Below are positions 50,628 through 59,600 of a stretch of 64,000 nt of DNA, in pieces. Source of the stretch: Zootoca vivipara (taxonomy: Eukaryota); the NCBI RefSeq assembly GCF_963506605.1, contig NC_083285.1, forward strand, positions 7,874,001 through 7,938,000, given 5' to 3'. The notes below the pieces were generated by a model, which saw nothing but the letters and a program-made list of their open reading frames with translations, did no database searches and was not told where the DNA came from. The translations under genes and the position numbers were made by a program. The first letter of the stretch is position 1; the number at the start of each line of letters is the position of its first letter.

Positions 50628-53600
50628 TTTCAATTTTATACATTTCAATAATTTTACAATCATGGTTAACATTTCGAAACTCGACTTCCTTCCCCCTCTT
50701 TCTGCGGTTCCTTAAATTTATTTTTTTTATATTTTCTGCATATTCAAAACTAACTTAACTTAATCATTTATAAATCATTTATTCGTCTACGTTCAGCTTC
50801 ACTGAGATTCTGGCCGCTCTTCTCATGATGTGGGCGAGCAGTTTAAATGGATTTGCCACTCGCCTAACAACAAACCTACTGCCACCCCCCTCCCCGACAA
50901 TCTGAGTTTTTTGTGGTGTGGAAATGCACTGGGAAGCCTGGGATAACTATTTAACATCCTGCAATCTATAAAGAAATCAGAATCAATGCTCAATAAACAG
51001 CTGATGTAGAATAACCTCCTTGTAAAACTTTGTGCAAACAAATCAGGATGAATGCTCCATAAACAAGTCATCTGGAAATGACCTCTGGCTGTTTCCAGCC
51101 AGGTGTTTATGGTGAGTTTATGCTCACGTATGCAAGGTTTCTTTTTAATATCCACTCCTTTTGAGCATAAACATGGGAGCCTCCCTTCAGCTTTAATCAA
51201 GATTTACCCTTTCTGTGGAAAAAAGAGAGATGTTTTTCAAAAAACCGGTTTCCAATTAGACCTACTTGTTTGCAATATCTGAATGACCCGTTCACAATAT
51301 TAACCCCCCCCATTTTGAACCCCACTCTATAATGCAGCTGGAGGTTGCAGTAAATTCAAATTAGGCTAAGAAAAGAACATGAATGAGAAGTCACTCACCA
51401 TTTTCAGACTGCCACCACTTCTTTCGATCTGGCTCAAAAGTTGTGATAACATTTTCAATTAAGTGACTCTCAGCCTGGAAGACTGGATTATACGGGTATC
51501 TGGAATCACAGGTGAAACATTTCTGCTCATCCTAGAAAAATAAGGGTGGGCAAGATGAATGATTATTATGGCTACCAGTAACTTGTGCCCGGTGGACAAC
51601 TGAAACAGCTGTACGGGATCGGACAGCAAGCAACACCAACTACTGCCATAGATGAGATGCTATTTCGAGAATTGGGAAGCATCTAAGTTATCTCTGAGCA
51701 TTGGAGATCCTTGGAACAAGGAATGGGGAGATGGACCGTACATAGCGGGCTTCCTAGATTGCAAACAGAGGCAAGAGGTTGCTTTAAGTGTTTGGGGTGG
51801 GTGGGGCTAATCGGCCTTCTAGAAAAAAGGGATAAATCTGATCAACACTCCCTCCACCCCCTGCAGTGAGAGAAGGGGGCATTGAAGCTCAGATAAGAGA
51901 TTAGACCGATGCTTGTTCACTAATTCTCCTTTCTCCAGTACTGATTTCTGTGCACCGGCCTGTACAGAGGGAAGTAGCTTAGCTGGGGATATTTATCTGC
52001 TGCCAAACAGTGTAGGAAATACTGAAATTTGTTGCTTGGAGTTCATAGGGAAAGTTCCATTGTATGCAATGGGGCTTAGTACTGAATGAGCTTAAAGCTA
52101 CAGTCCTATGCACACTTACTTAAGTGTGTATGCTGAAACCAATAGGGCTTAATATTTCTGCATAAGCATGGATGAGATCAGGCTGCAAACAGCAACAGCC
52201 TCAGTTACTTGACCTCAGACAGGCACTCTGAGTCCTGATTACAACTTGTTATATGGAAAGGGGCAGGGGAGATGCCTATATTGTAGCTGAGGATGAAAAA
52301 CCTTCAGTGCTCCTAGTCCAAACAGGAAAACTAAGGATATGTCATAAGATCAACTATTCTTATCTCAAATTTCTCTCTCTCTTTTGGAAAGAGTTAAAAG
52401 TTTAAAGTGGTGACAAATGATTGAGTGTCGGACCACGTAGGAAGCCACTTGCCTTGAAGTCAGACAGAGTTTAGAGAAGAAATTCCTTTATGACAAATTA
52501 AAAGCATTCAAGGATGATTAATGTGATGCGGCAAAATTTATTTTTTTTTTTTAAATATTTTTATTAATTTTCCAATTAAAACCAATTATATCACATTCAA
52601 TATTTCAAATTATACACATATATATATCAATCAGACCGAATGTTATGCCAAATCATCTAAAGAATTTTTTATTTGGGTTCCCATGCTTCAAGAAATTGGG
52701 AATTCCTCGCAACTGTCCACTGCCGTCTTTTTTCTAAAGTTCAAATCGTCCTTCAAGTTCATAATAATCCAGATCTTCCCCTTACAGTCACATAGATGTT
52801 TTCCACTTTCACGATTGTTTCCCAGCTGCTGATATAAATATCAAACAAAGTCTCACAGATGTTCTTTCTCCTGTGTGAGTTAATCAGTCCAGCCTCCCCA
52901 TAAATCTTCTTAATGGAGCTCCTGTTGCGTTGAAGCAATTCGAAGTAGCGCCATCTTAAAAAGCTCAAATCACTTTCGCTTTTCTCTCATAGCCATGAAG
53001 ATTTACGATCATTATAGAATTTACAGCTTTTCCAGGCAGGAGACCCAAACATCAAACCATAGACTCTTGGTAAATTAATGGATCTCCTTGCCCTATAGCT
53101 GAACTTAGCTTCAGGTCGCTGCTCCAATTTAAAGTGCGTCACAGCTCATAAATCCTCCGAACGCATTCAGAACTCCTTCCGTCCGACTAGGGGGGGGCTT
53201 TTCTCATCGGCAACTCCACATCTTTAAAAAAATATGCTCAGTAACAACAGTTATAAGGTTCAACTCACACAGTCTTTTGCTTCTCTTTCACTCCAAACAA
53301 GCCAGGACATCGCGTCCGGGAAGGTACGAGGCAACAATATGAAGAAAAAAAATAAAATAAAAACTCACTCCCCTTATCGCTCCGTCCCCATCAATCCTTC
53401 TTCCAGATGCAGTACAATCTTTGACTCCTCTCACTCGGCAGCATAAATTTCTCAGCAGTAAACAGCGCTTCTTTCCCTCCTTCTGAAGTATGTCCATAGA
53501 TTTAAGCCTAATTATCTTCTTTAACCATGGAAATCCCCGCCATGCAGATTAGCGTCCGGGAGTCCTGGCCCTTGTAAGTGCTCAGCCCAAGCTCCCCCCA

Positions 53601-56600
53601 CTCCAAAAACAGTCGGAGTGGGTCTGGGGGCATCGCGGGCCAGCGGCCCCTCTCCGTAACCCCCGGAGAGGGTAGGGGGTTGCCATTTACTCCCCTAGCA
53701 ACCGCCAAATTCCTTACAAAGGTCAGAGAGATGGAAAACAGGTCCGCCATTCCTGCAGGCGGAAACCGGAACCGGCAAAATTTAAATGTATGGATTATTC
53801 AGGGATGAATGAACCGAAAGCCTCTTTAACAAGTTTAGGCTTTGATTGTCGAAATGCCTTCTAGATAATTGTTTTAATCATGCAAGCACCAATATCATAT
53901 TTACAAGTACGGTTCTGATTTAGTGGTTTTCATGATTACGCTGAAAATTATCCGGTATTAAAGGAAAAAGACTATATAGGATCCTGCGTGGTCCGTGGAG
54001 CCTTTATGGCAGGGGAAGCCAACATGGTGGCCTCCAGATGTCATGGACTACAATCCCCATCATTCCTGGCCGCTGGCCATGCTAACTGGGGCTGATGGGA
54101 ATTGTAGTCCAAAAAACCTGGCGGGCGCCAAATTGCCCTACCCCTGCTGTATGGAGCTTTGGAGCCCAGTGAATATATTTCAAGGTTTGCATATAATCAA
54201 AGTACTCAACAGTTTGTGTGTGTCAGGCCTAGGCTGGCTAGATGCAAAAGAGGCAAGCAACCCACACCTGCTTAAATTCCTGCTTCAGCACAGATATTAA
54301 ACGTGCAGGAGTCTTGTCCTCTTTTGCAACTGGTCGCCCTTATTCAGGGATTAATTTAAATTCAGCCTTAGCTTCAACCAAGGTTGGGGAAGTCACTCCC
54401 TTTTAGTTTCAGTTCTTCTGTCTAAACCAGGGATGGGGAACCATTGGCTATTGCTAGACTCCAGCTCCTATCAGAAAAGGTCCATGACTAACAGTCACTG
54501 AAAGTCTTACCTGCAACGAATTTATCTAGCCCTTTTTAAAAGCTGTGTAAGCTGTTGGCCATCTCCACATCTAGTATCTCACGCTAGTATCTCCATATAC
54601 TAGCATGAAATAGTACGACGTTTCCTCTGTTCTGAGCCAACTGCCCATCAATTAAAATGGGTGCACTTGAGACATCACATTTTCTGACAGCAAATGAATT
54701 GATCATTAGTAGGTTTGTTCTTTTGGGAAAGATTGAGGGCACTAGGAGAAGGGGACGACAGAGGACAAGATGGTTGGACAGTGTTCTCGAAGCTACCAAC
54801 ATGAGTTTGACCAAACTGCGGGAGGCAGTGGAAGACAGGAGTGCCTGGCGTGCTATGGTCCATGGGGTCACGAAGAGTTGGACACGACTAAACGACTAAA
54901 CAACAACAACAACAACAGGTTTGCTCTTTAAGGGGGGGGGGAATCACACTTCAAAGAACTAGTGGTGCTCTTCCCCCCGCCTCCTTTTTCAGGTTAATTT
55001 AGGTAATATGCGTGCACAGCATATGTTCCCATGGGCTATTGTATTCGGCGTGTACATAAAACTCAGTGCGTTGAAAACAAACATTAACACAGAGCCTCGA
55101 GTGCTGTAGGCACAACCCGGCCATGAGACGTATTGCGACTGCCTCTTGCATTTTTAGGTTTTCAGCCCTATTTATAGGACTGAGACACCAAATGAGCATT
55201 TGCGTAAGGTGGAGTCCCTCAGCTTGCAGGTGTGCATAGACAGGTATTACCTCGTGCTACCTCCTTCTAAGCAAAAGGTAATGTGACAAGCATCTGCATG
55301 CCTGCTTAGCAAAGTTTACCAGGTAGCATTGATTCCTGAGCTCACAAGTCCTCCCCCAAATGTTTTGTTTTCTTTTGCTCTTTTAACCACGCTGAAGGGG
55401 GGGGGAATCAATACAAGGTTTTAATCTAGCAGAAGAAATTATAAGTTTCCCACACCCATAATCCAGAAGCTCTAATGCATATGCAAGTTCAGCGCTGTAG
55501 ATGGAGCTTTTCACTTCGAAGAAAACTCTGCAAGTATTCCAAACCGCTTCAGCAGTTTTTGGTCACAACACTGCGTACTTATGAATGATGCAAAATAAAT
55601 AGGGATTTCAACAAAGCATCGAAACAAACTGAGCAAGACAAGGCAAGTTGTCAGGCAGGTTAGTGGAAGCAGTGAGCATTTTCCCGACCAAACTCAAGAA
55701 GCTCCCTGCTGCATGCTCTTAGAAAGCCGGTTTAAAGAAGGCGTAAACTGGAAGAGGACTCTGGCTGGATGTTACAGACTCTCTAGGGCTATTTCCAGCT
55801 TAAACGTTGGAACAATATATAAAATAAACTCACCTCCAGGTAGCCGATAATGCAGTATTTTTGAGGCTCAAACAGTCCGCATGTGGATGAAGCTGTTAGG
55901 CTGCCGCCACGACCCACAAGCAGGTCTCCGACAGGCTGGCGACAGAAACCATTTCCACAGGGATTCTGGCTGAGCAGGAAGTCTGTCAGCAGGCCTGTCC
56001 ACAAAAACAAAGATGAAACATAGTAAATGTTATATGGGCTGCCACTTATATGACAGCAAGGAGCAGAGGCAAGGGCTAGCCAAGCTGGCACACGTCTTTA
56101 TGATAATTTCCTCTCCGGGCAACCTCTAGCCATCAAGGCGTTTCTTGTGCGCGGTTGTTGAGAATCCACCTTTCAAAGCAAATGGCTTTAGGCTATGGGA
56201 AATAAGATCATCAATCTGATAGCTCTTTGGTCTCTGCGTTGGAATCTCAAAGGAATAATAAGAAAGCCTCAAATTCTGCACACCCAGCATATACCTTTAA
56301 AGCACTTTCAAAGAGGTGTTGAATTTTTGGGAGATTGGATAGTTACAATGCTATGGTCTCGGGGTTGGGGTACACATTTTATTCTTATTTATCTATTTAT
56401 TTATTAATTACTTTGTGAAAAGGGAAAGGAAAAGGAAGAACTTTCTGACAGTAAGAGCTGTTCGGCAGTGGAACAGACTCCCACAAGAGGTGGTGAGCTC
56501 TCCTCCCTTGGAGGTTTTTAAGCAGAGTTTGAATGGTAATCTGTCATGGATGCTTTAGCTGAGATTCCAGCATTGCAGGCATTTTGACTAGATTACCCTT

Positions 56601-59600
56601 GTGCGTCCCTTCCAACTTTATGATTCTATGAAATCTCAAGGGGTCTTTTTGTGCGGTGTGTGTGTGTGTGCCAAACACATTTAGTGTGCTTTTTTTTAGC
56701 CTTCAGCAGTCTGTGAAGGGCACTAGGAAATGTTTTTTAAATCTCCAAACAAAGCTCAAAAGCTCAGTCTCATATGGAGAGAAATACCGTATTTTTCTGT
56801 GTACTAGACGAGGTTTTTTGACCAAAAATCATGTAAAAATGCTGCGGTCGTCTAATACACAGATAGTGGCATGGGGCGAGAAGCGGCACACCTGCCAGCC
56901 AGCCAGTTGGCTGGAGCGCAACGATCTAGGGAGTGTTTCCTACCCACAGCTGCGTGGGGGGAGAAGCTCAACAATTTTGGGCCATCTTCCCTCATTTTCT
57001 TAAAATTGAGTCCCCCAAAATAGGGGGGTGTCTTATACATGGGGGCGTCTTATAGATGGAAAATGCGGTAATAAGCCACAGTTTAGTACTTTACATGTGC
57101 TTTAACAAACAAACAAATGTACATGGAATTAATCTGATATGGTCTTCCCTATAAGGTAGCTAAAATATGCAAGTATGTGGTACCCTCTGCCTTCTGATCT
57201 TTCTAAATAACCCCTGCACCCATGCCTGATTTATCATTACGTATGACAGGGATGAGGAACCTGTAGCTCTTCAGATGTTGTTATCCTTCAACTTCAAAAC
57301 ATCCCCAGCTAATGGCCAGTGTGAAGTCTACAATGAAGTCTGGGCTCTGATCTTCAACGAGGAGGAAAATAAATACAGTAAACCTCAACCGTTAAGATTT
57401 CCGGAGATGTGAAATGTAATAAATGGCATGACAACAGCTTGATGGCAAGTCTACCATTCCTAAGGCTTCAACCAGTTCTAACTGAACCCGATAAATAGCC
57501 ACATTTTTCACACAGTGATCAAAGTTGGGAGAGCCCAGAAAAATGGAATCTAGTTGCTTTGGACAAAGACCTTGCCTGAAATGACTTTGAGCATCCCCCC
57601 ACCCCCACTGAGCTAACTTTCTTTTCAGGGATTCTGCTTGTTGAAACATGTTCTCAGCTGAAACACTGAACAGGTTTGGGGCCTTTACAGACTTCTTCTT
57701 CTTAGTGCTTCTCGGCTCAGCTTGTTATGATGGGGCATGTGAGTGTCTTAGAAGTTTGTACAGGCTGCAAGGAAATCTAGAGATGTTTTGCATACAGTTT
57801 TAGAAACAACTGCTCCACGCTTATGATGAGGTAAGCACGGAAGCTGCCAATTATTTTGTTTACTTCTCAAGACACACTTCTAAAAGTCAACACTATTTCC
57901 CACTGCATGTCTATTTGGGAGTCAAATACATTTTCCTGCTTTTTATCCATCTAAGGCCAGTTTTAATGCCAGGCGGCCTCATCTGGCTCACAATACAGTA
58001 GTTGCAAAGTTTTTTTAGTGTGAAGTCACTCTCCTCCACCCATATGCAGGTAGTCACTGCACAAGAATATTATTACTGCAAAGAGGATAGATGCAACAGA
58101 ACTGAAATGATATAGAGGGCAGCACCTAAACATTAATATTCAATTTGAAAAAGGATTCTGCTACACATATAACAAGAAATGAAACCCAGGGTGTGGAATG
58201 GAAAGGGATGAATAAAGCAAGATAGATAGAAGCTGGTTCAGTTCTATGCAGAGCAAGGAGAGAAATTTGATGCAGCTTGCATTTCAAGGCAAACCTACCT
58301 AATTTGCACCTTCCAAAACAATACATTAGCTAAAACAGAACTATCTTTTGAAATCTGCACACTTTTGAATTTTGCAATCCAATTCCTCGGCCAATTAATT
58401 TGTACAAAAATGCATATACTAGGGTAAAGTGTGTACAAAATGCATCTATTTGTGAAAATAATGTATGATGCATCTTATCAAGGAAAGCTGGTTTGCAAAA
58501 AAAATGTGCATATTAGGCAAAGTTTTGTAGGAAAATGTGCATTTTAGGAGACATTTGAACTAAAATGCTGATTAAATCTCTTGATGACTTTTTCTTTCCT
58601 TCCTCTCTCTTTTAAATAGCAAACAGATGAGGAAATGTGGAGAACTGAGTTTAAAATCAAAAGAAATGAAGAACTGAGAAAAACTGGACAGATTTGCCCA
58701 TCCCTAGAATAGGACAAAGAACTTGGTTGATGGAAGGCAATGCCTGACCCTCTTTCCAGACCCAGGGATCACTTGCAAGGAAGCCGAGGGGACATGAATA
58801 CCAAGAAAGCAGTACGAGGTAAGAGGAGACTGGAAGAAGCAGCCAAAATCTTGGGCTGCAGACCTCAAGGGCTTGACAGAAACGGATCCCACAACCAGTT
58901 TGATAGGCGGAGGAGGTCAAATGTTGAGCTTTTTTAAGGGGAGCCACAGTTGTTCAGCTTCTTTGGGGGGAGCCAATGATCTACCAGTGATCTACCGCAG
59001 ACATCCGGTGATCTACCGGTAGATCACGATTTACCTGTTGAACATGCCTGGAACAGAGGATTGACAAAAAGAAACTACATAGCAAGATCCCAAAGAGAGT
59101 AGATATTACCATTTTCGATAAGTGTGTGCCACAGGACCAAAGTATGAAGGTTATCTGGGCTACTGCGTCAGGGAACGGGCAATGACACAGTGTGGGATAG
59201 GCAGGCAAGAGCACATGTCTGAGCACAGCATAGCCAGGTCCAAGAGTTCTCCTGACCCTGTTCAGTTGCGCCACAAAGCCCTGCTCTCTGTGCCCGTTGT
59301 AGCAGCCATCAGTAAGTTACAGCATGGCGGGGGAGGGGGTGTCACCTGACCTCCCAATGTCTGAGTGGCTGCTGCTTACCAGGAAGGAGAGGGGCAGGGG
59401 CAAAGTGGCAGGGAGGTGACTTCCTGGTAAACAGCAGTGGCTCAAGCGTTGGGAGGTGAGATGCGTGCCCCTCCCACCCTTGGTTAGTGGCATCCATGCT
59501 GCGGGCTGGTCACCCATGTTCCGAAGGAGTTGCAAATGGAGAGATAAGTGGGGAAATGACGGAGCGTATTTAAAGTCCTTGAACTTACAGAGTTTGAAAA

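Noticed and set aside
59034-59112. Hydrophobic [15 protein letters not shown]... as the signal-peptide exon
   Set aside because: Ends in phase 0 inside a hAT fragment; exon 2 needs phase 1, which 59589-59634 provides along with a perfect branch point.
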